Origin: Phoronis australis
Lineage: Eukaryota > Animalia > Phoronida
Length of the DNA stretch: 64,000 nt
Reading direction: 5' to 3'
Assembly (NCBI GenBank): GCA_002633005.1
Contig: NMRA01000022.1
Span: 110,877 to 174,876 of the forward strand
Notes under the pieces: model-generated
Database searches by the model: none
What the model was told of the DNA's origin: nothing
Seen by the model: only the letters and a program-made list of their open reading frames with translations
Translations under genes and position numbers: made by a program
Shown: piece by piece, positions 12,201 through 27,298 of the stretch
Layout: every line of letters starts with the position of its first letter
Position numbering within the stretch: the first letter of the stretch is position 1

Positions 12201-12620
12201 GAGTCATTCATTTTCAACCGGACTTTTCAAATGTTTATCCCATATTTCTGATTGCGAGGCTGCAACTCAGTCTTTGCCACTTGTCCATGGTTTTGTTTTA
12301 GGAAAATACAGTGGTGGCCAAATCGGCACAGTGTAAAGGAAGATTGTCATGAAAATTAGATTTATTTTTAAAACACGAGTCCATGATGAAAGACCATCAT
12401 ATAGGAATGATTTTTACTCAATTGGTTTTCACTGAATCTTTTCTTCATATTCTTTCCTTAAGCTAAAAGGAAGTGATGGGTATTTAAAAAAAGCATGTAA
12501 CAATCTGGGTCGCATGTCTTGCAGTTGATCAAGCGACCAATCAACGCAAAATCCTGTGTTAATAGCCATGGGTATGTTCTAAGAAAATTGACTTAGCCAA
12601 GACAAATTTTAAACTTGTCT

Positions 12621-12792
12621 CAGGTCCGTTTCAAGAAAAAGATTATAAGTTTGACTGAAGTTTTTGACTTAAGTTTTGTCTTAATTTTGACTAACAAGTT
12701 ACCGGATGTGGAAGTTTCAAAGTTTTGGAAGTTGAGACAAATCTTAGACTTAATTCAAAATTGAATTTAAGCCAGTTTCTTGGAACAGGCCC
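12621..12792. mobile_element. Harbinger-like MITE remnant
   Basis: GGTCCGTTTCAAGAAA at the left end and TTTCTTGGAACAGGCC at the right end form imperfect TIRs, with internal ACTTAA/GACTAA motifs. Confidence 0.5.
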
Positions 12793-15059
12793 TATCACAA
12801 TACACTGGCGGATAAAGGGTGTCGCGTGGAGGAACAGGTGCAGCCACAACTCCTAAAGGAAAGCCTTCCCCCAAAACGCCTTCCAGTGCCGTTTTTTGTC
12901 ATACCCCTCGGCCCCTATAAATATATATATATACCACGCTCAATACGAATGCTTAAAAATGTTAATTTGAGTGGATACAATGAAAAGTAGCTCTAACACA
13001 AAATGAAACTTTCATGATGGCATTTGCACTTTTCAATTAATCTCTATTTCAGAGGAAAATAGACCCAGGAACTCCTTTCACAGTCTGGAGGTGCCTTCCG
13101 ACGCAAAATCATCTCGCTAAAATGCAAGATCATGCAAGACCTCGCAAAATCACGCGAGTGAAAGTCGAATGTTTCTCAAGCATGCGCATCTTTAAGGTGG
13201 CGCGAAATGATGAGTCCGTGAAGATGGGACGTTGAATTATGGGATAAAATGTACTAGTAAAGATTTTTGGCGCATGCGCTGCGCAAGTATCTGGTGTTTA
13301 CCGTCGACGAAACGTCGCCACGGTTTCTGTTCAAATTAGATGGCGTAAGCAACTGTTCTGAACGATTCGCGTCTCGCAGAACTTCACACATCCCGGATTC
13401 ACCTCGCGAAGGTTTACTACGAATACCATGAGCCATAAGCTTATACACCTAGCTACGCACGGCCATGCACTTTTGGTCACGGTGCAATGAAATTGAAAAG
13501 TAGAACATTGTAATTATAAAATTTCTATTGAAGCATACATTTTACAATACAATCATTCACGCGCAATTATCACGCTACGAACAACTGCATGAGTCAGGCG
13601 TTCAAAAATACTTCAAAATTTTCCTCACTATGATATCCTGTATTTATCAAAATCATGGGACTTACGGTTTTAAAAAATTCTTGATTGGTTTTATGTATTT
13701 TTTCTACAATAGGGTCTATGCTTGATTAAGATAATCTGTTCATATGTTACAAAACATAACCATGGCAACAGAATTTGGAGAAACTGTCAATAACCAAAAT
13801 TTTCCTCCGATAGCTTTAAAGTTTTACTCACTTATGTCAAGTTTCAATCGACATAGATTTCTCAGTAGACCTACATTTGGTATATTTTTGTAAGCCTGAT
13901 TTTCCGTTCCATCAACACGCGGAACTAAAAAAAACGGCTCTAACTTAATAGTTCTCGGTCCTGTTACAGTTTTCCAATTTCACCCCATGTCCTAGTTGTC
14001 ACACCGCTTAACGCTAGAGTGTTGAAATTATCCTTTATGTTTTAACTACATGGCTTGAGCGTTAATAACACCATGTTGTCACTGACAATGTTATGATGAT
14101 GATTAGATATTTCAAATAAGCATTTCGACGAAAGAGCTATATGCGGTTTCCATGATAACGTATCACGAAATACAACGAAATGAAGCAGACCGTCAGATAC
14201 GCTCAAGATAATCTTGAGAGGAATTTCTTTGTGTTTACAGTAAAACATCTTGTACTGACAAAGATATGTATCTTTTGCAGTTCAAGTTATTTTAACACAA
14301 GTCGACATATATAATGTTGCGTTTCTTACCGTCACCGTGACTTTTCCGTTGATTCTTTCGCATTTAATACATGAGCTAATGCTTGCGTGTATTATTAAAG
14401 CCTAGTGCACGCGAAGGGATTTAATGAGAAAGTGTCAATGAGTTCTAGGCTCCTTTGACGTTTTTTTATGATTACATTTCTTTGACCATTTAATACACTA
14501 TTACTCAGAGAACATCCTTGCAAAGCAGACACAGACATCATTACGGGAAATCCAGGGAATGCAAAAATATTAGTTTTACTTCGTCTAAGTCTAGAGCCGA
14601 GCAAGAAAAAAGAAACCCGCCATTGAATGAGAAAGGTTTACTCCTACTAAATTTTTACCAACAATGGACATGTTCCCCATGTTGAGTGAGTTGCTTTGTA
14701 CCAAGATTTTTGTGGGACACGTTCCACATGCCTCCTTGTCAGCCCCTAGACATGCACCATGCGGACAAACCAGACAATATTGTTATTCGATGTGGGCAAA
14801 GATACGGTATCTATAAAATCTTTGATGTGGGTCCATTGTTCGTTGCAATCCGAAAAAAAATTGAGATTTTCGGTTTACGGATGCAGAATGCAATCCTTGT
14901 GCTTTGTAGATTCATGATAAAAAGTCGTCATTCAGCTAGCGACACCTGCTGGTTATCACTAAATTAGTCTCATTTAAAAATGATTTTGGTTTCAGTTGCA
15001 TAATATTGTCATGTGAGGTTGAGTCATATTGTCCCAGATGTCTTGCTGGCGACTGTTGA

Positions 15060-15200
15060 CGCACTTCCCTTTTGCGGTTCTTCCCTTACATAATAACACA
15101 AGAAAGACGAAAACTGATGACGTCACATCAATGTTGGGGTGTTCCCTTGGATGACGGTGAAGTGGTACTGTTCATTTCTTGCCTGAAAAGAGTCTCAAAG
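15060..15200 (+). promoter_or_regulatory. Candidate promoter / non-coding first exon of the PKC gene
   Basis: CRE TGACGTCA at 15118-15125 and donor AAAG|GTAACC at 15201. T/G-rich intron-like skew on the plus strand follows. The link to PKC is inference. Confidence 0.3.
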
Positions 15201-18200
15201 GTAACCTGTCGCGTATGAAGTTGTGCTTTGTTAGATTAGTGTTTTGTGGTGTTTCGATCATTTTCATTTCCAGAAGTATTGAGAAGCACTTGTTGCATGC
15301 GGCTACGCTCAAACTTCACGAACGAATGGAATGATCGATTGGATTTCCGCCATTAATTTTGTGTTGATTGACGTGGGGTTATGAGGTCATACGTAAACGC
15401 ATTTGTTTGAGGTATTCAGCATTCTATGTCATATGTGTAGTGTTACAGGACTAATGTATATATGGGAGATTCGAGTCTGTGAAGTTGTTTTTAGTTATCT
15501 ACATTGGTGAAGCTCTACACTAAAGTCACCAAGTCTATTGGCGGATTGGCCAACACTTCTATTTCTACTCCTAGTAGGCCTACGATAGCACAAGTGTCTG
15601 TGCTCCAAGTCTCAGTGAGCCCAGCCTCAGGTAGGCCTAAAGCAGTTTTTGACGGCCAGTGAACCTGGTGAAGTGCTATTTAGGTAATTTGTGTTTGACC
15701 TGACTGCACTATTTCACTTCTAATTTTTGACGTGTATCTGGCCTTTTCTGGATTGTCATTTCTAGCTTATCTTTTTGTAGGTCTATGTACAATGGACTCT
15801 GTAAACTGATAGGGACAGAAGTTAAGTGATGAGGCTATTACCGGCAAGAGAGAACATTTAGCAATCTAACAAAATTAGTCAGCACTTGAAAAGTCTTGTT
15901 TTTCATTTCCATGATTTTGGCGATAGCAAAAGCAGAAATGGCAATAGCATGTGGCCAAATGGCCATTGCATGAAGTATGCTTCATTGTGGAAGACACGAA
16001 TCAGAGGTTTGTTGACAATTCATTAATTTCTAATACGGTACATGCAACAAACAGACATACACGTAAGACGTAAAAATTGGGATAGGTCTGCACCGGAGAA
16101 GTACAGCATTTTTGCGATGCCATTTTGGTTATCACTTCTAAACAGTCCTTCGCCAAGCGGTGTAGACTTTTTTGAGCACTGTATATTTTGGGCTTCATTT
16201 ATTCTCGAGTTGTCACGGTCTTTTGGCCATTTACATAAATTGGTTGAACATAACATTGGGTAACTAATGCTCTGGTTGATTTGTGTTTTGATAAATCACC
16301 AGTTGAGCTTTGTAGACTGTAACAACCTTTGCAGGGAAATTGTTATGTCACTCATAGGAACCTTGGTTACACGGTACAAACTGGTACAAACTCGCGCAAT
16401 TGCATGAAGTAAGCTTGTTCATGCAATAAAGCATGTTTTTTTTGCTTTGCCTGATTCGTGTATTGTGTTAGGTCAATATTTAGTGACATTTCTATAGGTG
16501 TTTGAGGTATTTTAATTTTTATAAACGTTTCCTCCGTGGATTGATGTATATATTCAGTTAAAAACATTTTACCTTGGAACAGGTGTTATCCAGGATTTCA
16601 AAACATGTAAATCCCTATTTCTCATGGCATCCATGACCATTGACTAATGACATTCTGTGACTCCAAGTCAAATTACTATTGTGTGGTATGTTACTGGGTC
16701 TGCAATCATTTTATGGTACCTTTTGTCACTAACTGCAGAATGTTGTATTCACACAAATTGAAACTCAGATGGTTTATTCACTGTTTTCAAAAACTCTTGT
16801 AGGAATTGCTTTAAAATATTCGCCTGGAGGCATTAGAGGCTATCATAGTACAGTATGACCTGCATGATTTTAGGAAACACCTATCTTTTTCGTTGCCAAA
16901 AACACATAGCCACGTGGCTCAATTAATGGCATATCGGTGTACAGAAAAAAATCAAATTATTCAGCATATACACGCTTTCTACTTTCCAAAAGTGCTTCAA
17001 GTTAGAATCTACATTTTTGTTATTGATGCTTACTACCGGTATGTAGTCACTTGTCAAAAAAGGTAAATGGTGGTTTAAGCACTTAAAGAATTTGTTATTC
17101 TTACTGGTCCAGTGGTTTGAACTTTCTACTGGCAGTCTGACCTGCAAACTACATAACCTGTGAACAGCTTTTGTCCATTGGGCTGTCTTATGTAATGCTT
17201 TGCACTGAATCTAGTTGGGTGTGTGTTTCAAGTTATGTAGTTGTTGATATCCACAACTTAAAATCAATGACAGCTGTCGATTGTTTGCCTGGGTGATGGG
17301 TTGGGGGCTGTGTCAAGGGGTGGGTCCTTTCCTAAGTTATTGATTGTGTTGCAATTACTGTTTACAGCCAACTGTTAAGTCATAGATCCCATGAGCCCGC
17401 GTTTCGCCTTTTTCACAGGGGATTTTGACAATCGCCGCTCATGGGATGTATGTCTTTCAGCTTTCAGAAAATGTGTAATGTTACTGAGTTAAAATCTTTA
17501 GTGTTGTAGTTATTTGGTTGTTAAGATGGTTTTCATAACTCTAGAGAAGGTGGCTACAAACTGTTGCCACACTGACTTATTTGGGAAGATTCTGTCATCA
17601 CTTCAGCTCTAGCACCATTTTAAAAAGCGAATTAGGTTTTTATGCATATTAGGGAAGAGTGAGCTTATCTCATTCGGGGAGCAACCTCCCAGTGATTTTC
17701 AAACATAAATGCATTGAAATATGACCTAGACATGTGGCTTAGCGATGGGACATTTGTTTTGTCAGGTCAGATTAGATAGGTATATTTATAGTATTTATTC
17801 AGTATTACCAACAGCTGTCTTGTAGCTACCCTATGAGGAATATTGGTCAGATATAAACCACAATGTCAATGCTTCTGAGCTCTGAAACAGTGGCTCTCTG
17901 TTTGTAGTTGTGGAATTTAGCCTGTGGTACCAGGTACTGTCTCAGAAGGTGTTTTAGAAAACGGTGAAGAGTGCCCGAGTGTTCACCTGAGGCTGCGTTT
18001 TTCTGTCGTTTGACGCAACGAAACTGTAAAAGACGCAAATTGACTTGAGGAGTGCGTCACCGTGGAAGCAACTTTTTGTTCAGCGGTTGTGATCAATGGA
18101 ACTAAAAACAAATGAAAATTGTTTGGTTCTTTTCTTTGATTAAAGTACCACTAGAATGTTTCATTTTCTGAAGCCGAATGCATGACATCGACATTGTTGG

Positions 18201-20472
18201 TCTGTAAGAAAGTCATTACAATATTGGTTAGAATATCAAGTTACAATCGGTCCGATAGGGGGTGGTCCCAATACGAGAGTCACAAAAAGGGCGTATGAGA
18301 TGAGCTTTTGTTTTTCCTCTTGCAAGAGGGTTTCCTCTTTTTTGATTTCGAGTTTCCTCTATTTTCATCTCTTTTTCATCATTGTTTTGACTTTATTCAT
18401 GCAAAAAATGTTTATTTCACTTACATTTTACAACATGAAAACATTTGTACCACACAAATCTATTTGTGAAATGATAAATCACGTGGAAAATCTTCCTCAT
18501 TTCGTCAGTGGTCATTCCAAGCCCTGAATCAGTGCTAAATAAAGTGAGACATGTCATGCTTTTCCAAACCTATTCTACCTCATCTCATGAGACATACGAT
18601 ATTTTTGGATATATTTGGGGAAGTCGCACAAAAGCTTTTTGTGTGAATGACGTCCAGCCAGCTCAGTCATGCAGTGATAAAGAGGGCACAGCATATCTGA
18701 CTAATACCAGCTGGGAATCCCCATCTCAGTGTGTGTGCTCAAGCTTGAGAAATGTGTCATGCTCTGTCCCTTGTGTTGGTGCTGGTTACTAGGAGGGCAG
18801 TACAACCCTTGTTCAAAATGCCATCCAGTCATCTATGCAATGTTTGTATAGTACCCAGCTTATGATCCCTCAGGGGTGATGTGGACTGGCGATTCATGCA
18901 AATATGTAAGGACTCTCTGTGTGAATAGCAGGCTATGTAGTCAATTGTTCGGGTTATCAGGAAGAGGAGATCTGTGATTTTTTTGGGAGGGGTGTGAGTG
19001 GACACTCTTTGTAGCTGGCAGTTGAGCAGTATCAATGTTAGCAAGTTGCGTTTGGGCGTTAGTTCTACACTGAATCATACATATGTAGTTGTGATTTAAA
19101 TCAGTTTGGTAACTTATCACTTTACCAGGTTATAATTTTGTAATTTTTGGCGAGTATCAGATTTGGTTGCATTGGTATTTTTCACCAGTTGATGGACTGC
19201 ACACTGTAAAGTATATTTTTTCATCAGTAGGGGACTTCAAAAATCACAATGAGGTGCTCTTGAAACAATCTTCGGCCACTTTGTAAAATGCTCCTTTTCA
19301 GGTGGTCACATGGCTGCAGGCTTTGTTCCTTTCAGTGCCCCCTCACTGGTGATCAAATGCGTAGGCTTTCTGAATCAATTCGGTAGTAAAGAGAGGACCT
19401 TTTTCTTATTCAGCGGCATCTAGTGGATATCAAGCCTCCGTATAGCACAGATTGAAGTGAAATTGTCAAAGTACATGTGGCACAGTATAGACTCGTGAAA
19501 ATGTGGTTTGCTTGTCCGTGCCATCCTGGATGTTGTTTGCACATGAAAACCTGTGAACTTATGTTATGTGCACGTATTGTATTAATCGTGTTTTTTCCAA
19601 TTTTCTCGTGTGATGACAGTCGATTGTGTGCGGATCAATATGCAAGGTGCACTAATAAGCTTATGGTGTATTCAATGTCGCAAATTTAGAGAGCTCTTGT
19701 CGTTCTTCTTATAAATATTGCTTTGTTACAGTTTCATGCTCTTGTTGCAGTAAATAAGAAATTAGCTTAGACCGTACGGTATTATTACTTATAACTTAAT
19801 TGTGTTAGAAAGTTTCACTATTCCAAACCCACGTCAAGAGATATCTGAATGGCAGAATAGATGAGGCATCTCTACACCAGAAAGCACCAGTTCAGTCTCC
19901 TCAATACATGCGTTATGGAAGAAAAGAGTTGTATTCTAGTGCCAGGAGGACCTCGCTGGTAAACAGGATTGAGTTTTCATTCTTGTCAAAAGGGCCCATT
20001 GCTCCAACAGCTCTTCATAGTGAACTAGCTCACATTACTACATCTCACTCAAGCACATTCCTCACAATTTGAGGGTAACTTTGTGCTTAGCTAAATATTT
20101 GAGGCAGTTAGCTCAGAGCTTGTAGCTCTTTGTCTGCGCTGAGCTTTAAACATTCATTAGTTATCGCTAGTTGCCCCAGTGCTTTCATAATTGTTTCACC
20201 TGGTGTTACCTCATTTCTTAATTACTTTGCTCTTGATCGGTATTGTATTTCATTTTATAACTGTTCGCTATATAACTGTCCGCGTATATCATCAACTTTC
20301 TTGGTGGATCTTATTGGGTAAGGTGTTGTCGCTGCGCATCTAAAATTCAAAACCAATGCAATACTTGGGCAATAGGTCCATCCCGGATTTAACACAACGA
20401 CACTCCAATCCCACTGTTTTTACCTACAATGCCGTGAACATCTGTCAGGCGCATTTAACCTGGTAGTCTTGC

Positions 20473-20979
20473 CAGGCCTTTATGCAGGGTAGGACCTGGG
20501 CGTCCAAATAGACACCCTAGCACTAATCTGGAGGCCCTGGCAAGGACGCCCAATGTATCAGTTGGACGCCCACTGTCAATAGGAACCTTTCAAGTTTGGA
20601 CTCACACATTGTAATGAATACTAGGAAGCCTCTGAAGGCTCACAGTGGGGGCTCTTTTTTCAAAGCAGGAAAAAATATACAATGCATATACTTTGTATAT
20701 GCATTGTATATTTTTGCATTGTTGCTATTTTGACACTTGATTGACAGCATTGTAAAAGTCTTGGTCTACACAGTTTTTTTTAGTAAAAATGCTCACCATA
20801 GAAGGCTGTTTTATAAACTTAGATGTAAAAACATTGATCTATGCATATTTTGTAAAAAAATCTGTGTTTGGGGGGTATTGCTGGGGGGTGGGGGGTTACG
20901 CGTCGGAATCATGGACGTCCTGGAATATTGGGAACCCCATTTTGGACACCCTATTTTCAAAATCCTGGATAAAGGCCTG
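20473..20979. mobile_element. hAT-type MITE with 8-bp target-site duplication
   Basis: TIRs CAGGCCTTTATGCAGG and CCTGGATAAAGGCCTG. Perfect TSD AGTCTTGC at 20465-20472 and 20980-20987. Confidence 0.88.
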
Positions 20980-23814
20980 AGTCTTGCCCAGCTTTTTATT
21001 GGCTAAGTAGTTAGCTACTGGATGACACCATAACATGCTAAAAACGTATAGTGCGTGCCCACAAATGGAAAAGTTTTTTTTAAAGGAGCCAGGCAGACTT
21101 GAAAAAACTTCCTTCACAAAGAACCTGTTGATAACGGGGCTCTCGTGTGTTTAGCTCAGATAGCCCACCATGTGGCCTGCCCACGTCTGATGCACCGCAA
21201 ATAACAGAGCCCCTGCGCTCTTTTGTTTTTGGCATTATTTATTTATTTGATGAAAATGTTTTTCAAAATGTAAGGCGTTTGATGCAGATAAGCTAAACTT
21301 GACCAAGGATATTTTATGACAGCTGCATACTTACAAACCATACATTTTATATTGCAAAAATGTCTTCGTTTTTTTTTCATTTCGCATATTCGACAAAGGG
21401 AAATTTATGTTCCGTTACTGTTGTCTCATTAACAGGTGGAGCTGAGATGCGGTACAGAAGTAGACAAGTTAATAACACAGCGGAGCCCGCTTAATTTCGT
21501 ACCCTCGGATATTATAATTAGAGGGATATTCCATTAGGTGGGTTTCAAGTTGGCGTTGATCGGTCATCGTAACCATTCTTGCTAATCATGTCAAATAGGA
21601 AATGACTGATCTTTGTTCCCAGCGATCAGGCAAATGAGTTGAAGTTGAATTAAGTTGGTTTTCAAAAGGAAAACCGAAGAAACGCATAATGATAGGCAGG
21701 TTAGAAGCAGTTTTGCTGATTTTTGGGTTCATGATAATAAATTGTATCATTTTGCTGGTTATTTTCATGGATTCACGGGATTTTTGACATTTCATAACAT
21801 TTACCGAGGATATTCTATTATGTGGTATGACATTAAGTGAGCAACAGTGTATTGCAAATACTAGTAATGAACCAGCACATAGCCTTGGTCACAGATGGCT
21901 CACAAGCCTGAGCGATTAAATCACGTGCTGCAAAGTTAATTAGTACACTGCAGTATGAGGTGAGATAGACAGCTTGCCCCACAGTTTCTCCCATTGTACT
22001 ATGCTGCCTAAAATAGTCCATTACAAAGTGCACTCTGATATATTTGCTTTGAGTGGGTTACTTTTGTCAGTGTCTCGTGATATCATTCCGAACAATGAAG
22101 TGTGGGTAATCATCATCCCCTTTTTCCATGTTTTGTTCCTTGCTTTTGAACTGTGGACTCTGACCTCTTGTTTCTGTAGCTCTTTATGGGACGCGAAGGA
22201 TTTTCCATATTCATCCTAATCTGGAGAGGACCCTTTCACTTTTTATTTTATGTCTGCATTTGTATTTCACCATAGGAGGAATGCCTGGAGCATTCACAGG
22301 TGATTTTTCATGGGAAATCGTCCTTGCTGACCTGAGAGAGACTTGCAATGCCTGTGCTGTCTGATAGGGGAAAAGACAGTCCCGGTCACTACCAATTTCA
22401 TCCCCAGCTCCTGGTGTTTCATCTCCGTTATCTCCATTACACTTAAACAAAAAATATGAGTTTCCTTATCTGAAGGTGTGTGCATTATAGGAATCGATGT
22501 GTCACTGGGTTGAACAATGGTATACTATCGTGTCTTATCTGTCTTGACTTTAGTTTCATTTTCAAGCAGTGTAGACAACATCTTGTTAAGACCTGAGATA
22601 AAAACAGTAGGGAGAATCAATTTTGAAACTTCGATCAACCTTAAAGCCCATGAGACATAAAATGCTTTGTTCATTTACAGCTGAAGTAAACAAGTAGTTT
22701 TTTCAGTTTACAGTACATAATTTAGCATCCATGACAACGTCAATGTTGTCCTGAAACTGTATTGACTCCTCGCAGCTACATGTTTGAATTTCATGTCATT
22801 CTTCATCTGTTGGTAAAGAATTGTGTCACCGAGCGTTGCTGTCTTTTGTTGTCAAAGTGCTATACAAAAATATCTATCAGGGCCTTAAGCGGTTTTTACA
22901 CGATGAACAATTGTCACGGTGATAGTTGTCACAGTGCGTCTTGCTCCACTTCTGTTGAACTTACACGACATTAGATTGCAAAGTGGTTCTTCATGAGTTA
23001 TTTACATGAAGACTGTGTGGGCATGCTCGTGTTAACATTAGCGAATGTCCAAACTATGTAGAGCTAGCGGAACATAATACTCTATTCAGAGTAAACGTAA
23101 TAGGGAGATGATCCATTCCCTTCCAGCTTGCTCCAGTTTGTGTTTAGACGTGTAGTTGACACTGGAGCAACTGATCGAGTGCAACTTGCTCTACCTCTCA
23201 AGCCAGCGTCAAAAATGGCTGCGGTGGTGTCAACTTGCTCCATGCCAGTCGTGTTCACTGAATTACTTGCACCTGATCAGTTGTTCTGTGTTAGCTTCTC
23301 TATGTAAACTGCCCTTCTGTAAATGTGGCTGTATTCTTATTTTAGAATAGTTGGGAACTAATACAGCTGTAGCATGGGACACCTGGTGAAATTTCTATAA
23401 TTTGTTGAGCCTTAGAAAGTGGCTATTTTGCAAAGCTATTGTGTTTGCGTGAATAAGGGCTCAGGTACAGTATTTCTAAATTATGTTTCTTGCTTTGGGC
23501 CAAATAGTTTGCTCTTAAGAGTGAGAAAATTTGTTGGTTTAGATTTTTGCCTATTTTATTGAGTACAGTTGTCTCAAATTTTAACAGGCCAAGAACTTTA
23601 ATAGGTCAAGAACTTCAGTGTTTCATTCCACAGTCAAGGAAGTTGTTGTTCTCCTTAGATATACAGCAGCGCTGACATGAAATAACTAATGGATTATGAT
23701 TAAATGTCCTTCCTGCTTCGATAACCAGAGATCAGTATTGAACTTTGAACCCAGTTGCTGCTGAATGACAATAAAAATCTCGCTCAAAAATGTCACCAAT
23801 TAAAGACACAACAT

Positions 23815-24180
23815 AGTGCCGTTTACACTACAAAAACTGACAGCGATCAGCTGACACAGAACGAGATGTTCTAGCGCAAGTATGTGTGTAAACAGGACTG
23901 ACATGGAGCAAATTGACACCGCAGTGACAACTTTTGCCACCCATTTGTGAGGTAGAACAATTTGCACGGATTATCTTGATCTGTATCAATTATATGTCTT
24001 AGTTCAAAACTTGGGCAAGGCAGAAAGGATCATCTTTACTGCATTTGTGCAGTGACCTACTTATGGGTTCTCTGTCTCTGCAACTCCCACCATTTCGAAA
24101 TCTGCGCATGTGTGATCCACTCTCCAGCCAACAATTTCCGTCTTGCCACAGTTAGTGAGTTTTGTGTGTAAACAGACGCT
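23815..24180. mobile_element. Harbinger-like non-autonomous element remnant
   Basis: AGTGCCGTTTACAC at the left end, with GTGTAAACAG copies near 23887 and 24166. Confidence 0.4.
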
Positions 24181-24524
24181 TGACACCGCCCAAAAATGTC
24201 CTAGTTGCAAAATTTTGGTGAATGAAATTTAGTTGCATCTCTCACCTCAGTCAACATGGTTTGACTTGCTCGCCATTTTTTAAAATCGGGTCAAACAAAC
24301 CAGATTTATGTTAGCGCAAATGTTAAAGATGTTGGATAGTTGCTGATACATGATAGTGGTGGGCCACGAAATGACGGAGAAACCTTGGCGCTTGCAGTTT
24401 ACAGAGAGGTGCATTAATCCTCTCTAACACAGCGCAGTCGGTGAACAGCTGATGTGACAGTGGAACACTAGTATCGAGCAGCGACACGTCAAGGGCAGTG
24501 CATGTGTGGATCAAATATAATTAC

Positions 24525-24995
24525 CTATGGTAAAATGTCATCAATTTCAGAAGAATATTTCCAAAATTGTTTTTTTCATTTTTCAAAAGCTTGTAATGTT
24601 GATTTATTGTCCACAATTTCTCTGAAACATTGTCTAAGGTAGCCATGACGTGGAGAAAATAGAAGAACATTTTTTTTCGTAAATAAATAAAATAGATGCT
24701 AGAATGCTGTGCAGTTACCGAGGGATAAGAATATAATGTAGTAAAAATAAAACGATGAGCCTCGATACTAGAATGTACTAAAATATTCCCCACGTTTCGA
24801 GCGATACGCTCTTTATCAAGGGTTTGACACAGACTACCGAGTAGATGGATATCCTTGATAAAGTGCACTTCGCTCAAAACATGGGGGATATTTTTAAACA
24901 TTTATTTGGTGCTACTTATCTTTTTTTGAAAATGGAAACATAAAATTTCACTTATCGGTCATATTGTGTCCTAAATTGATGAAATTTTACTGTAG
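24525..24995. mobile_element. MITE-like element with ~23-bp imperfect TIRs
   Basis: CTATGGTAAAATGTCATCAATTT matches the reverse complement of AAATTGATGAAATTTTACTGTAG. Confidence 0.55.
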
Positions 24996-27298
24996 ACGTT
25001 TACTTTGGTCTTGTTGAGGTCTGGAGTCATTCATTAGATGGTGCTCTGCACTGAGTCTGACGGACAGTTTTGTCATGTGGTCAAATCAATGATATTGGCA
25101 CAGGTGTTCCTTTGACAATTAGATCTGGCTTCATGTTTCATCTCAATTTCAACATGTGACGATGTTTTTTTGAAGAATTTGAAATTTAAAAATTTTTGTG
25201 CTTTCCCGGATGATTTTCCTTATTAAAGTTTTGTTCACATCACATTTATTGCTTGAAAAGTCACATGCTGGAGATTTACTTGATGACTTTTCAGTTCTGG
25301 GTTCCTTTCCGAGAACAAACTATCATTACAGCTGTTGGAGGTTCAGGTCTTAAATATTACAGTCCTGAGGGCTCCTCGTGTAGCATCACTGATGTGTCAA
25401 TGTTTTGGGGATTGACTGCCAGTATGAAGAAAGTTATGATTACTAGTTATCTTCTGGTATTGCTGTCAGTAGTGACACTTGTTGCGGTAATATTTAATAT
25501 TTTGTTCAAATATTCACTGTTCTACCAGTATTAGCACCACCATGTATACAATGAAACTTGAAATTAAATGAGTTACACCTACATAACATTTTCAAAGCCA
25601 TCGTGACATCTTTGATGGCTTAGGCATCAAACTGAGATATCAAAGCTGGTCTGAAATGTTCTAGTATTGGGGATCTTTTGCTTTGGTGGGTCAAAACTGT
25701 CCCTGCAAATGTTATGTTTATGTTTCTCTGTCATGGCCTTGAGAAGTTATTGGTTTCACGCTCTGCTTTTTAAAAATCGTAATTGTTTCCATATCATGGC
25801 CAGCTAAGATCATTGTCATGTGATTACTTTATGATAGGGGACACCTCCGGCAAATAGCAAAGTAATAACTCTTGGGCTCAGGGAAACAAAACGGAACTGA
25901 ATAATTTTTAGTGAGTGTGAATGAGTTCATTGTTGTGATAGTGGTGACTGGAATGAGGAAATGTTGTTTTTTGGATGACACACCGCAGAATTACTACGTG
26001 AACAGGAAGTTGTGGCTGAACCTATAAGGAAGAGTGGTGGAACAGGTGAAATATTTCTTAAAACCTTTACAGTAGTCATTGATTGATATTTATACCATTA
26101 TACAATTTCTGCCTCTCTGACATCAGTTGCTGATTTGTTGCTCCTTCAACAATCTCGTATCTGGTAAGGGTTTTGTTATCTTAGTTATCGAGTGAACACC
26201 CTAGTTCAGCTTTCTAAATATTCATCTGTCATTTTCAAAATTTTTCCCCAAGTATCCACGGGTCATCTTCAATTAGACACTCGCTGCTAAACCCGCTGTA
26301 CTTGTGTGGGTAATACCCATGCTCACAGGTTACTTTAAAGTGGGACTTGCATGCTAAATCCTTATCTCTGTGATTGCTTGGTCAAATAAGTTCGAAATGC
26401 AACATAAGTAGCGATGTGAATATGAAGTATGGTGAAAATTGCCAAATGTTTTTAGAATGGGTTTTGTGTAGAAAATGATCTATCGTAAATCACTTAACCG
26501 TGTTCAGTGAGTTTTGTAATGTGGTGTTGGGGAGTAAACAGTACGTGATTCGGGCTGTGTGAACCCGCAAGGTACGCCATTAGTGCAAAGATTGCCATTT
26601 GCAGAATTTTTTGTTTTCACATTTACAAGTTGTCGATGAATACAACTGCACTTTGCTTAGCATATATGATGTTCACTAGCCTTTTTGTTTAGTTCCTGCT
26701 ATACATTAGCACATTTGGGAGCATGCAAATACGGGAAATTCAAAAATGGAGGGTGGACGCTAAGCCCAGAATGGTTTGAAACAAATCCATGGCACAATGC
26801 TTAGCTTATCAACTCTTCAAATGCAGCCTGACAAAATTCCCAGGTTACTTTACAGGAAGTAAGGCTAGCAAAAGGGAATAACCACCAGCGGTAATGTAGT
26901 GTGGTGGTATCCTTGACCTTTCTTCTTGTTCTACTAAAAGACCTCACTCAGGCATTGTTGCCACTACGAACATCCCCATTTTCCCTTTTGACTAAAGAAA
27001 TAGTTGCTGTTGGAGTGTTTTTCAACTGTATCCTTCAGCACGTAATTCATTTTTTATTCTACCCCCTTGATCAGAGGTCACAGCGAGGTGTAACCTTGCT
27101 CAAGTCTATGGTTACGTGTCATTTGATCCTCAACCTTTGAAATTTTGGATGCAAATATGACATCAAGTTATTGACATTGAATGGCATTAGCGTCACATGT
27201 GAGATTTAGGACAAGAAACAAGATTACGATGTTTGCCCATAACTCAATGTTTGCCCATAACTCGGCTGTTTTGGGAAGTTGGCACTGTGCTTTAATAT

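Noticed and set aside
13059-13719. ATAGACCC...GGGTCTAT possible TIR pair
   Set aside because: Only 8 bp match and there is no TSD, so it may be chance.
18480-19050. Possible minus-strand LINE endonuclease relic
   Set aside because: Only faint motif echoes and no continuous frame.
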